Assembly (NCBI GenBank): GCA_040752615.1 | Contig: JBFMGV010000092.1 | Coordinates: 45,659 to 109,658 of the forward strand | Source: Pseudomonadota bacterium | GTDB lineage: Bacteria; Pseudomonadota; Alphaproteobacteria; Caulobacterales; Caulobacteraceae | Direction of reading: 5' to 3' | Length of the DNA: 64,000 nt | Part shown: positions 7,296-16,620 of the stretch, in pieces | Layout: every line of letters begins with the position of its first letter | Position numbering within the stretch: the stretch's first letter is position 1 | Notes under the pieces: model-generated | Told to the model about the DNA's origin: nothing | What the model saw: only the letters and a program-made list of their open reading frames with translations | Database searches by the model: none | Program-made: the position numbers and the translations under genes

Positions 7296-8699
7296 CTAGC
7301 GGGCCATGTTCAGCACCTGGACCTGGGTGAACTCCTTCAGGCCTTCCTCGCCCAGTTCGACGCCGACGCCCGAGAACTTCGAGCCGCCGAAGGGCAGGTG
7401 CGGCTGCAGGTCGGCGTGCTTGTTCACCCAGACGCTGCCGCTCTCCATCTTCTCGGCCAGTTCCCAGGCCTTGTCGGCGTCCTTGGTCCAGATCGAGCCG
7501 CCGAGGCCGTAGATCGAGGCGTTGGCCCGGGCCACGGCGTCGGCCGGATCGGAGTACTTGATCACCGGCATCACCGGGCCGAACTGCTCCTCGTCGACCA
7601 GCCGGGCGCCGTCCTCGATGTCACGCACGACGGTCGGCTGGATGAAGTAGCCCTTGTCGCCCTTGCGGCCGCCGCCGGCGATGACCTTGCCGTCCTTCTT
7701 GGCGCTCTCGATGAAGCCAAGCACCTTCTCGAACTGCTGCTTGTTCTGCAGCGGGCCCATCTGGACGCCCTGTTCCAGGCCGTCGCCGACGATCCAGTCC
7801 TTGGCCAGGGCGGCGAGCTCGTCGCACATGGCGTCGTAGATGCTCTCGTGGACGTAGATCCGCTTGGCCGCGATGCAAACCTGGCCGGCGTTCTGCATGG
7901 CCGCGCCGAACACCTTGGGCGCGGTCTCCTTGGGGTCGACGTCGTCGAGGACGATCAGGGCGTCGTTGCCGCCCAGCTCCAGCGAGACGCGCTTGAGGGC
8001 GTCGGCGGCGCTGGCCATGACCTTCTTGCCGGTCTCGGTGGAGCCGGTGAAGCTGATCTTGCGGATGTCGGGGTGGCGGGTCATCTCGCCGCCCAGGTCG
8101 TTGGCGTCGGCGATGATGTTGATGACGCCGGCGGGGGCGATGTCCTTGATCAGCTCGCCCAGCTTCAGCGCCGTCAGCGGCGTGGTCGGGGCGGGTTTCA
8201 CGATCACCGTGTTGCCGGCCAGCAGGGCCGCCGGGACCTTGAAGGCCATCAGCATCACCGGGAAGTTCCAGGGCACGATGCAGCCGACGACGCCCAGCGG
8301 TTTGCGGCGCACCTCGATGCGGGATTTTTCGTCGTTGGTCACCACCTTGGGCGCCAGGTCGAGGCTGGCGAAGTAGCGGAAGAAGGCCTGGGCGCCGAAG
8401 ATCTCGCCCATGGCGTCCTGCAGCGGCTTGCCCTGTTCCTGCACCAGCAGGCGCGCGAGATCCTGCAGGTTGGCCTGGATGACGTCGGCGATGGCGATCA
8501 GCACCTTGCGGCGCTCGTCGATCGGCGTGGCGCTCCAGGCCGGGAAGGCGGCCTTGGCGGCGGCGACCGCCTGGTCGAGCTGGCCCTTCGACGCCCGCGA
8601 GGCAGTGGCGAAGACCTGCTCGGTCGCCGGATTGACGACCTCCAGCCTGGCGTCGCCGGCCACGAGTTGGCCGTTGATCAGCAGCTTGTAGTCCGACAT
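7296..8699 (-). CDS. NAD(P)-dependent aldehyde dehydrogenase
   Basis: 467 aa with ALDH hallmarks 'FTGSTETGK', 'ELGGNDA' and the catalytic-Cys region 'NAGQVCIAAKR'. Confidence 0.92.
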   Translation of the reverse strand: MSDYKLLINGQLVAGDARLEVVNPATEQVFATASRASKGQLDQAVAAAKAAFPAWSATPIDERRKVLIAIADVIQANLQDLARLLVQEQGKPLQDAMGEIFGAQAFFRYFASLDLAPKVVTNDEKSRIEVRRKPLGVVGCIVPWNFPVMLMAFKVPAALLAGNTVIVKPAPTTPLTALKLGELIKDIAPAGVINIIADANDLGGEMTRHPDIRKISFTGSTETGKKVMASAADALKRVSLELGGNDALIVLDDVDPKETAPKVFGAAMQNAGQVCIAAKRIYVHESIYDAMCDELAALAKDWIVGDGLEQGVQMGPLQNKQQFEKVLGFIESAKKDGKVIAGGGRKGDKGYFIQPTVVRDIEDGARLVDEEQFGPVMPVIKYSDPADAVARANASIYGLGGSIWTKDADKAWELAEKMESGSVWVNKHADLQPHLPFGGSKFSGVGVELGEEGLKEFTQVQVLNMAR

Positions 8700-8755
8700 G
8701 GGTGCGTCCTCCGAGAACCAGTCGGGCGGACGAGACGCGCCTTACGCTGGGGCCG

Positions 8756-9910
8756 TCAAGCGAACCCGCGCTCGTCCAGCCAGGCGCCGACGGCGGCGGT
8801 GGCCTGGGGCAGGAGATCCGGGCGCTCGGCGTAGTAGTGGTCGGCGTCCTTGATGTGGACGAGCTGCTTGTCCGTGGAGGCCACGGCGTCGAACAGGCGC
8901 TGGGCGTGGCTGGGGGTGCAGGCGAGGTCGGCGGTGTTGTTGATCACCAGCGTCGGGCACGAGATGCGGCGGGCGTTGACCTCGCCGTTGGCGCGGCTCT
9001 CGTCGTAGCTCCACTGGGAGAGCCAGGAGCGCAGGGTGGTGAAGCGGCCGAGCCCCACGGGACCGTCGTTCACGATCTTCGGGTCCCCCAGGTAGCAGGT
9101 ATGGGGGCGGCGGTCGGAGGGGTCCTGGGTCGGGTCGGTCCAGCGGACGTCGCACATGGTGCCCTGGACCACGAAGCAGCGTTCGGCGTCGGGGTCGCCG
9201 GCGGCCTTCAGCTCGGCGAGCTGCGCCTTGGCCCAGGCGGTGATGCGGCGGTTGCGGGCGATCTGGGCCTCGCGGAAGCGGGCGACGAACTCGGGAGAGT
9301 AGGGCGCCTTCTCCGGGCAGGCTGGGTCGTAGATGTTCAGCGACGGGTCGCGCTCGAACGGGCGGCTTTCGTCGAGGATGGAGGGGTCCATCCACTCGGT
9401 CATGGTCACCGAGCGGCTGATGTGGGCGGCCAGCAGGAGAACGCCGTCGGCCGGCTGGAGCCCGGCGCCGACGATGTCGACGGCGTCGCCGGCCGGGGTC
9501 GCGGTGATGGTGGGGCGCTCGGCCTGGTCCTGGTAGAACATCGACAGCGATCCGCCGCCGGACCAGCCGCCCAGGATCACCTTCTCATAGCCGAAGCGGG
9601 TCTTGAGGTCGGCGATGCAGGCGCCCAGGTCGAGGACGCACTTCTCCATTATCAGGGCGGTGTCGTTCCCGCGGTAGCGCGGGTTGCAGTAGACGACGTG
9701 GCGCCCGGCCCGGGCCAGCGCGCCGACCAGCGGCAGGAACGAGCCGCCGCCCACCGGATGGCTGAAGACGATCACGGTCTTCGAATCGCCGGTGTCGGGC
9801 CGCACCCGCATGCACTCGACGAACACCTGGCCGGTCGGGCCGCCGTAGACCTCCTTCAGCCGGCTGTTGTCCGCATAGACGAAGCCGTAGGCCTCCCGCA
9901 CGACCGCCAT
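8756..9910 (-). CDS. Alpha/beta-fold hydrolase
   Basis: Nucleophile elbow 'GGWSGGG'. The start is reset to the ATG at 9910, preceded by GGGAGAG. The track start at 10126 would overlap the divergent TetR gene. It lies upstream of, and is probably co-transcribed with, the ALDH gene. Confidence 0.8.
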   Translation of the reverse strand: MAVVREAYGFVYADNSRLKEVYGGPTGQVFVECMRVRPDTGDSKTVIVFSHPVGGGSFLPLVGALARAGRHVVYCNPRYRGNDTALIMEKCVLDLGACIADLKTRFGYEKVILGGWSGGGSLSMFYQDQAERPTITATPAGDAVDIVGAGLQPADGVLLLAAHISRSVTMTEWMDPSILDESRPFERDPSLNIYDPACPEKAPYSPEFVARFREAQIARNRRITAWAKAQLAELKAAGDPDAERCFVVQGTMCDVRWTDPTQDPSDRRPHTCYLGDPKIVNDGPVGLGRFTTLRSWLSQWSYDESRANGEVNARRISCPTLVINNTADLACTPSHAQRLFDAVASTDKQLVHIKDADHYYAERPDLLPQATAAVGAWLDERGFA

Positions 9911-9953
9911 CGATCTCTCCCTGCCTGATGCCGCCGGCTTGTCGTTGCGCCGG

Positions 9954-9988
9954 TTTCTGACTACAAAATCAGGAAAGCTGATTTCTGA
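9954..9988. promoter_or_regulatory. Three alternating TTTCTGA/TCAGGAAA half-sites (candidate TetR operator)
   Basis: The sequence reads TTTCTGA (9954-9960), TCAGGAAA (9969-9976), TTTCTGA (9982-9988). It is AT-rich relative to its surroundings. It lies in the 88-bp gap between the divergent hydrolase and TetR starts. Confidence 0.45.
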
Positions 9989-9998
9989 GTCAATCGTC

Positions 9999-10661
9999 AT
10001 GGCGGATTCCGCGGACTGGCCGATCACACCGAAGGGCGAGGCGACCGCCGCCCGCATTCGCGACGTGGCGCTGGACCAGTTCTCGCGGCTGGGCTTCGAG
10101 CGGGTGACGATGGGCGGGATCGCCAAGGCGGCGAAGGTCTCGCAGCCGGCGCTGCACTATCACTTCCAGGACAAGGCCCAGCTCTGGCGGGCCTCGATGC
10201 TGGCCCTTGCGGCGGTGATCGCGGAGGAGGAGCGGCTGATGAACGCCGCCCGCGACCTGCCGGCGCTGACCCAGCTGCGCATGGCCATGCGGATGTTCCT
10301 GCAGATCAGCTGGAACCACCCGGCGCTGGGACGGATCGTGGCACTGGAGGGAATGGCCGGCGGCGAGCGGCTGGAGTGGCTGAACCGCCACCTGATCGGC
10401 CCGCGCAACCGGCGGCTGGTGAAGCTGGCCGCCCAGGCGATCGCCGACGGCGACCTGCGCCCGTTCCCGCCGGAACTGCTGATCATCACCCTGCAGACCG
10501 GCGGGGTGGGGGTGATCAACCTGGCTCCGCTGCTGCGCGACGCCTTCGGCTACGAGCCCGACGAACCGACCGCCCGCGCGGCGCACGAAGACATGATCCT
10601 GGAGGCCGTGCTCGGCGGCTTCCTGACAGAAAAAGGCCGAGCGAGGGAGACCGCCCGATGA
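9999..10661 (+). CDS. TetR/AcrR-family transcriptional regulator
   Basis: TetR HTH 'FSRLGFERVTMGGIAKAAKVSQPALHYHFQDK'. I prefer the ATG at 9999 over the track start at 9939, which lies inside the operator-like region. The stop overlaps the next gene (ATGA). Confidence 0.85.
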   Translation: MADSADWPITPKGEATAARIRDVALDQFSRLGFERVTMGGIAKAAKVSQPALHYHFQDKAQLWRASMLALAAVIAEEERLMNAARDLPALTQLRMAMRMFLQISWNHPALGRIVALEGMAGGERLEWLNRHLIGPRNRRLVKLAAQAIADGDLRPFPPELLIITLQTGGVGVINLAPLLRDAFGYEPDEPTARAAHEDMILEAVLGGFLTEKGRARETAR

Positions 10662-11365
10662 CCCAGCCCAACGTCGGCCAGCATCCGACTGGCATCCACC
10701 ACCTCGCCTTCATGGCGGCGGACATCAAGAAGCACATCGAGTTCTTCACTCAGGTGATGGGCTGCCCGCTGGTGGCGATCTTCGACATGCACGGGGTGCC
10801 GGGGGCGCTGCACGCGTTCCTGCGCATGAACGATCACAGCTACTTCTCGATCGTGCAGATGCCGGCGGTGAAGGATATCGCGATCGAGGTGGGCAAGACC
10901 CACGCCGGATCGGGCGGCCTGCCCAGCGCGGCGGGGACCCTGCAGCACCTGGCCTTCGGCGTGGACACCGAGGCGGCGCTGATCGGGATGCGCGACCGGA
11001 TCCGCAGCCACGGGATCAATGTCATCGGCCCGATCGACCACGGGATGTGCAAGTCGATCTACTTCGCGGGGCCCGACCAGATCACCCTCGAGGTGGCGAC
11101 CTCGGAGAAGGCGCTGGATCCGGCGGTCTGGATCGACCCGACGGTCCTGGCCAAGGCCGGGATCTCGGCCGAGGAAGCCGAGCGCTTCAAGGCGCCGGCC
11201 GCCTACACGGGCCCCAGCCCGGCGCCGCAGCCGGCCTACGACCCCGCCAAGCCGCACATGGTCTATCCGAAGGAGGTCTACGAGAACCTCCTGAAGATGC
11301 CCGACGAGGTGCTGACCAAGGTGGCGTCCTACACGGCCCCGCCCGTGCCGCAACCGACGGCCTGA
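10658..11365 (+). CDS. VOC (glyoxalase/dioxygenase) family protein with Pro-rich C-terminal extension
   Basis: 'GIHHLAFMAADIKKHIEFF' and 'LQHLAFGV' VOC modules. The ATG at 10658 overlaps the TetR stop. The track start at 10376 is an artefactual extension. Confidence 0.8.
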   Translation: MTQPNVGQHPTGIHHLAFMAADIKKHIEFFTQVMGCPLVAIFDMHGVPGALHAFLRMNDHSYFSIVQMPAVKDIAIEVGKTHAGSGGLPSAAGTLQHLAFGVDTEAALIGMRDRIRSHGINVIGPIDHGMCKSIYFAGPDQITLEVATSEKALDPAVWIDPTVLAKAGISAEEAERFKAPAAYTGPSPAPQPAYDPAKPHMVYPKEVYENLLKMPDEVLTKVASYTAPPVPQPTA

Positions 11366-11373
11366 GACGCGCC

Positions 11374-12627
11374 ATGGCCTTCGAGACTGACGATCCGCCG
11401 CTGGCCGAGCGGCGGATCCCGACCGGTGACGACTTCCTCTCGCCGGAAGCGGTCGCCGCGCTGACGCCTGGGCTGATCGTGGAGCGCATGAAGGCGCTGG
11501 CGCCGCGCATCGCCGCCGCGGCCCAGGAGGCCGAGCGGCTGCGCCGGCCGGTGGACGAGATCTGGGCCGCGATCCGGGCCTCGGGCTACTTCTACATGTA
11601 TGTACCCAAGGCGTTCGGCGGGCTGGAGGTGACCACCGACCAGTTCATCGACGCCAGCCTGCCCATCGCCGAGGCCTGCGCCTCGACCGGCTGGGTCGCC
11701 TCGTTCTGCGCCGAGCACAACTGGATCCTGTCGCACTTCCCGGTGGAGACGCAGCAGGCGCTGTTCGGCGGGGATTTCCCCTACATCATCGCGCCGGTGG
11801 TCAGCGCGCCGCCGGGGATGGCTACGCCGGTGGACGGGGGGTACCGCGTCACCGCCCGCTGGAAGTGGGGCACGGGGATCATGCATGCCGACTGGGTCGG
11901 CGGCAGCGCCATCGTGGTGAAGCCGGAGGGCCCGCCGCAGGTGCTGACGGTGCTGTTGCCGGCGACCGAGGTGGAGGTGCTGGACACCTGGCACGTGGCC
12001 GGGATGGTGGGCACCGGCAGCAACGACATCGTGGTGCGGGACGTGTTCGTCCCGGCGGCGCGGACTGTGCCGATGGACCTGGTGGCCAAGGGGCAGGGGC
12101 CGGGCTCGCGCGGCTATGACAACCCGATCTATTCGATGCCCATGCTGCCGTTCCTGTCGGTGACGGCGGCGATCTCGGCGGTGGGCGCGGCGCGTTCGGC
12201 GCTGGCGGCCTTCCGCGCGCGCCTGGAGCAGCATGTGCGGATGGGCGCCCAGGCCCGGCAGGCCGACCGGCCGGCCGCGCAGATCCGGCTGGGCAAGGCG
12301 GCGGTCATGGTCGACGTGGCCGAGCGGACCATCCGCCAGGCGGGGCGCGACAACGTCGCGGCGGGGGCGCTCAAAGGACCCGAGCAGGTGGCCGAGCGCA
12401 TCGCGATCCGCGGACGGGTCGCCTATGCCGTGCAGCTGTGCCGCGAGGCCGTGACGCTTCTGGGCGAGGCGGCGGGCTCAGGCGCCCAGATGCTGGACCA
12501 GCCGTTCCAGCGCGCCGTCCGCGACATCAACACCATCTCGACCCACGTGGTCTTCGACATCGACGCCGTGCTGGAACTGCACGGGCGCAGCCTGGTGGGG
12601 CTGCCCCCGAACTCGATGCTGGTTTGA
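11374..12627 (+). CDS. Acyl-CoA dehydrogenase-fold flavoprotein (group-D monooxygenase-like)
   Basis: 418 aa with ACAD-like N/M/C domain pattern ('YFYMYVPKAFGGLEV', 'RWKWGTGIMHADW', 'VAGMVGTGSNDIVV'). ATG at 11374. The track start at 11047 overlaps the VOC gene in another frame. Confidence 0.8.
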   Translation: MAFETDDPPLAERRIPTGDDFLSPEAVAALTPGLIVERMKALAPRIAAAAQEAERLRRPVDEIWAAIRASGYFYMYVPKAFGGLEVTTDQFIDASLPIAEACASTGWVASFCAEHNWILSHFPVETQQALFGGDFPYIIAPVVSAPPGMATPVDGGYRVTARWKWGTGIMHADWVGGSAIVVKPEGPPQVLTVLLPATEVEVLDTWHVAGMVGTGSNDIVVRDVFVPAARTVPMDLVAKGQGPGSRGYDNPIYSMPMLPFLSVTAAISAVGAARSALAAFRARLEQHVRMGAQARQADRPAAQIRLGKAAVMVDVAERTIRQAGRDNVAAGALKGPEQVAERIAIRGRVAYAVQLCREAVTLLGEAAGSGAQMLDQPFQRAVRDINTISTHVVFDIDAVLELHGRSLVGLPPNSMLV

Positions 12628-12637
12628 GGCGAGAGTG

Positions 12638-13564
12638 TCAGGCGTCCCGATGCGCCAGAACGAAGTCGAGGGCGGCGCAGGTGGCGGCGACCTGGGCGTC
12701 GTTGCACTGCTGGGGCGTGGCGCGCGGGCTGTCCGGATAGACCTCGGTCGTGGTCGTGTAGGGCGCGCCGGTGATGGACGGGCACATGCCGTAGTTCCGC
12801 TGCGGGTAGGTGATGACGCCATGACCGACCGGCGGACAGCCGATGATCTCGCCGCCTTCGTCGGGGGGCGCGATGTGGGTCACGGTCTCGACGGCCTTGA
12901 TGATGGCGTCCTGGAAGGCGAGGCGCGGGTCCTCGGCGTCGGCGACCAGGTAGAAGCCGTCCGGGATCGTGCCGGGCTCGAAGGGCTTGCCGTCGCGGGC
13001 CGCCAGGGCGGGCCGGAACTCGCTCTCGTCGCTGTCGGTGGTCTCGTGCAGGTCGATGTGCAGGAGGAAGCGGCCGAGATGCGGCTGGATCAGCTTGATG
13101 AGGCCGGTCGCCTCGCGTGAGGGACCGTCGGGGCGGAAGTTCCGGTTGGGATCGACCGCGTCGTAGTTCCACCGGTTGATCCGCTCGTAGCCCCAGGGAC
13201 TGACGCAGGGCGCGACCAGGAGGTTGATCCGTCCGGCGTAGTCGGCGGCGCGGGTCTCCAGGAACGCCAGGGCGCCCATGACGCCGCTGGTCTCGTAGCC
13301 ATGGACCCCGCCGGTGACGAGGGCGACCGGCAGCGCGGCGTCCCAGGTGCGGCTGGCCAGGGCGCAGAGTTCATAGGTCTCGCCCGCATAGTCGAGCCGG
13401 CCGTAGGAGATGCGCGCGAAGCGGTCGGCGAGCGCGTCGATGCGAGGCAGGACGTCCTGGTCGTAGCGGCGGTGGCGGGACTGGCGCGCGCGCCACTGGC
13501 TTCGTTCCGCGTCGCCCCAGGGCTGGCCGGGAGTTCCGATGGGGTAGGCGAGAGCGTCGGTCAT
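12638..13564 (-). CDS. M14-type zinc carboxypeptidase / succinylglutamate-desuccinylase-like protein
   Basis: Zinc ligand motifs 'GGVHGYETSG' (HxxE) and 'HIDLHET'. 308 aa with no signal peptide. Confidence 0.75.
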   Translation of the reverse strand: MTDALAYPIGTPGQPWGDAERSQWRARQSRHRRYDQDVLPRIDALADRFARISYGRLDYAGETYELCALASRTWDAALPVALVTGGVHGYETSGVMGALAFLETRAADYAGRINLLVAPCVSPWGYERINRWNYDAVDPNRNFRPDGPSREATGLIKLIQPHLGRFLLHIDLHETTDSDESEFRPALAARDGKPFEPGTIPDGFYLVADAEDPRLAFQDAIIKAVETVTHIAPPDEGGEIIGCPPVGHGVITYPQRNYGMCPSITGAPYTTTTEVYPDSPRATPQQCNDAQVAATCAALDFVLAHRDA

Positions 13565-13680
13565 GCGGCGTCATAGGCCAAACGGCCGGTGGCGTCAGCG
13601 CGCGTGGCGCGGCGGACGGCCGGCATCAACAGCTGAATCGACCAGAACCGCGCGGCGGGCGCGGTCCTGGCCGTGACGGG

Positions 13681-14433
13681 TCAGATCTGGGCGAAGCCGC
13701 CATCGACGAACAGCTCGACGCCGTTGACGTAGCTGCTGTCGTCCGAGGCGAGGAAGACGGCGGCCTTGCCGATCTCGTCCGGGTCGGCGAGGCGGGCGAG
13801 GGGGACGCCGGCGGCGAGCTGGGCCTCGAAGGCCTTCCAGGCGTCCTCGTCCGGCGTCAGGCCCTGCAGCCCCGGGGTGACGGTGGCCCCGGGGGCGATG
13901 ACGTTCACCCGGATGCGGCGGTCCTTCAGATCGAGGATCCAGTGACGGGCGAAGTTGCGGATCGCGGCCTTGGTCGCGGCATAGACGCTGAAGTTCGGCA
14001 GCGCGCGGGTGCTGCTGGTCGAGCCGGTCAGGATGACCGAAGCGCCGTCGCGCAGCAGGGGCAGGGCCTTCTGCACCGTGAAGAGCGTGCCCTTCACATT
14101 CGTCCCGAAGGTGCGGTCGAAGTCCTCCTCGGTGATCTGGCCGATGGGGGCGAAGCTGCCGCCGCCGGCGTTGGCCACCAGGATGTCGATGTGGGCCGCC
14201 TGCTGCTGGACGGCGTCGTAGAGGCGGTCGAGGTCGGCCAGGTCGGCGACGTCGGACCGCACGCCCACCGCGCCGGCGCCGATGAGTCGCACGGCGGCGT
14301 CGAGCTCGGCCTGGCGGCGGCCGGTGATGAACACCTTGGCGCCTTCCGCGGCGAACCGACGGGCGATCCCGAGGCCGATGCCCGACGTGCCGCCGGTCAC
14401 CACCGCCACCTTGTCCTGAAGCTTGTTGGTCAT
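13681..14433 (-). CDS. Short-chain dehydrogenase/reductase (SDR)
   Basis: 'TGGTSGIGLG' Rossmann motif and 'YAATKAA' (YxxxK). Start set at the ATG at 14433. The track ORF runs upstream to 15426 as an artefact. Confidence 0.9.
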   Translation of the reverse strand: MTNKLQDKVAVVTGGTSGIGLGIARRFAAEGAKVFITGRRQAELDAAVRLIGAGAVGVRSDVADLADLDRLYDAVQQQAAHIDILVANAGGGSFAPIGQITEEDFDRTFGTNVKGTLFTVQKALPLLRDGASVILTGSTSSTRALPNFSVYAATKAAIRNFARHWILDLKDRRIRVNVIAPGATVTPGLQGLTPDEDAWKAFEAQLAAGVPLARLADPDEIGKAAVFLASDDSSYVNGVELFVDGGFAQI

Positions 14434-14535
14434 GGTCCTGGTCCTCTGTGCTGGGGCTGCGAGGCGATCTCGCTTGCTGGCGACAGAGGTATTTCCGGGA
14501 CGCTGATGCCTGTAGCCTGCAAATCTGGCACTCTG

Positions 14536-14553
14536 CGTTCCATTGATGGAACG
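14536..14553. promoter_or_regulatory. LysR-type palindrome CGTTCCAT-TG-ATGGAACG
   Basis: Perfect 8+8 inverted repeat between the divergent SDR and LysR genes. It contains a T-N11-A type core. Confidence 0.5.
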
Positions 14554-14565
14554 ATAGGCGCGGCC

Positions 14566-15465
14566 GTGCAGGATCTGAACGACGTCTTCTACTTCAGCGA
14601 GGTGGTGGAGCACGGCGGCTTCGCGCCGGCGGGGCGGGCGCTGCGGACGCCCAAGTCGAAGCTCAGCCGGCGGGTCGCGGCGCTGGAGGAGCGGCTGGGC
14701 GTGCGCCTGATCGAGCGGTCGTCGCGACGCTTCCGGGTGACCGACCTGGGGCGGGCCTACTACGAGCACTGCCGCAAGGCGCTGTCCGAGGTGGAGCAGG
14801 CGGACGCGGTGATCGCCGCGGCCCAGGCCGAGCCGACGGGGGTGGTCCGGTTCAGCTGTCCGCTGGGACTGATGGAACTGGTCTCGCCGCTTCTGCCGCC
14901 GTTCCTGCAGCGGTTTCCGAAAGTCAGTGTCCAACTGGTCGCGGCCGACCGCGCGGTGGACCTGATCGCCGAGCGGATCGACGTGGCCCTGCGCGTGCGG
15001 GTGAAGCTGGACACCGACGCGACCATGACCATGCGGACGGTGGCGCACAGCCGTCGGCTGTTGCTGGCCAGCCCCGCGCTGGCGAACCAGATCCAGAGCC
15101 AGGCGATCTCGTCGTTGGCCGGGATGCCGACCCTGAGCACCAACGACGTGACGCCGGTCACCTGGGACCTGGAGGGGCCGGAGGGGGCGAGCTACAGCCT
15201 GACGCACGAGCCCCGGCTGGCGTGCGGGGATTTCCATGCGGTGCGCGAGGCGGCGATCGCCGGCCTGGGCGTGGCGCTGCTGCCCGACCACGCCTGCGTC
15301 GAGGCGCTGCGGACCGGCGCCCTGGTCCGGCTGTTCCCCGGCTGGCACGGGCAGACGGGGATCGTGCACCTGGTCTTCACGACGCGGACCGGACTGCCGC
15401 CGCAGGTGCGCGCCTGGATCGACCACCTGGTCGAGGGGCTGCAGCGGCGGGACATGTTCAGCTGA
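14566..15465 (+). CDS. LysR-family transcriptional regulator
   Basis: N-terminal wHTH 'DLNDVFYFSEVVEHGGFAPAGRALRTPKSKLSRRVAALEERLGVRL'. I prefer the GTG at 14566 because the palindrome lies just upstream. An alternative ATG is at 14505. Confidence 0.85.
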   Translation: MQDLNDVFYFSEVVEHGGFAPAGRALRTPKSKLSRRVAALEERLGVRLIERSSRRFRVTDLGRAYYEHCRKALSEVEQADAVIAAAQAEPTGVVRFSCPLGLMELVSPLLPPFLQRFPKVSVQLVAADRAVDLIAERIDVALRVRVKLDTDATMTMRTVAHSRRLLLASPALANQIQSQAISSLAGMPTLSTNDVTPVTWDLEGPEGASYSLTHEPRLACGDFHAVREAAIAGLGVALLPDHACVEALRTGALVRLFPGWHGQTGIVHLVFTTRTGLPPQVRAWIDHLVEGLQRRDMFS

Positions 15466-15520
15466 GGGCGACCCTCAGCCCAGGCCGCGCTCGGCGGGGA
15501 TGGGCGACGAGGGGCCGGCG

Positions 15521-16504
15521 CTATCCGGCGTCCGCCGCCGACGCCTCCCATGCCTTGGCGACCAGGTTGCGGGAGCCAAGGAGGATCGGCGCGCGCTGGT
15601 GGAGCTTGCCGGGGCTGAGGTCGAGCATGGGGCCCGACGCCGCGTAGGCAAGGCCGCCGGCCTTCTCGACCAGATAGGCCATCGGGGCGCATTCGTAGAG
15701 CACGCGCAGCTTGCCGTCGGCCAGCTTCGGGCGGGCGTCGGCGGGGTAGACGAAGATGCCGCCGCGCACGAGCACGCGATGGACGTCGGCGACCATGGCG
15801 GCCAGCCAGCGCATGTTGAAATCGCGCTGGAGCGGACCCTCCTTGCCGGCCTTCATGTCGGCGACGAAGCCCTTGAGGCCCGGGCGCCAATGGCGCTCGT
15901 TGGAGGCGTTGATGGCGTACTCGCCGCTGTCGGCGGGCACCTGCATGGCCGGGTGGGTCAGCAGCCAGGCCCCCTGGGCGCGGTCGAGGGTGAACCCCGA
16001 CACCTCGCCGCCGACGCTGAGCACCAGCATCACCTGCGGACCGTAGAGGGCATAGCCGGCGGCGAGCTGGGCGCGGCCGGGCTGGAAGAAGTCGGCGGCC
16101 TCGATCACGGCCTTGCCCGCCGGGGCGGGAAGGATCGAGAAGATCGAGCCCACGCACATGGAGACGTCGAGGTTACTGGAGCCGTCCAGCGGGTCGAAGG
16201 CCACCAGCAGGTCGCCGCCCGTCGCGCCGGGCGTGACGTCGTCGAGCTCCTCGGAGGCGAAGGCCGCGAATGCCGGCTCCTCGGCGCAGCGGGCGAGGAA
16301 GACGTCGTTGGAGAGCACGTCCAGCGCCTTCTGGACCTCGCCCTGGACGTTGGAGCTGTCGAGAGCGCCGGTCTGACCCTCGAAGGGCGCGCGCTCGATC
16401 AGGGCGGCGATCTCGACGCAGGCCGCGGCGATCCGCTCGACGCCGCGCCGCACCCCGTCGGAGGCCGTCGCCTGTTCGGACAGCCAGTCGGTCAGGGTCT
16501 TCAT
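15521..16504 (-). CDS. fbp: Fructose-1,6-bisphosphatase class I
   Basis: 'DPLDGSSNLD', 'GYALYGPQ' and 'YECAPMAYLVEKAGG'. Start at 'MKTLTDWL' (16504). Confidence 0.9.
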   Translation of the reverse strand: MKTLTDWLSEQATASDGVRRGVERIAAACVEIAALIERAPFEGQTGALDSSNVQGEVQKALDVLSNDVFLARCAEEPAFAAFASEELDDVTPGATGGDLLVAFDPLDGSSNLDVSMCVGSIFSILPAPAGKAVIEAADFFQPGRAQLAAGYALYGPQVMLVLSVGGEVSGFTLDRAQGAWLLTHPAMQVPADSGEYAINASNERHWRPGLKGFVADMKAGKEGPLQRDFNMRWLAAMVADVHRVLVRGGIFVYPADARPKLADGKLRVLYECAPMAYLVEKAGGLAYAASGPMLDLSPGKLHQRAPILLGSRNLVAKAWEASAADAG

Positions 16505-16620
16505 TCGCTCAGGTCTCCAGGCCGGGCCGCCGATGCGGGTCCGGATCATCTCTCTTGCGCGGTAGGCTGTGGGACCCGTCGGGAGCGAAGGCAAGACCTA
16601 AGTCGGGGGCGTCGTCGGCG

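Noticed and set aside
13681-15426. The 581-aa form of the SDR ORF, and other N-terminally extended track ORFs (starts at 10376, 11047, 13942, 38440, 50254, 8756-10126, 61030-63000)
   Set aside because: The extensions overlap neighbouring real genes or operators, lack homology-like sequence, and internal starts have SD sequences or ATGA/TGATG coupling. Coordinates were trimmed accordingly.
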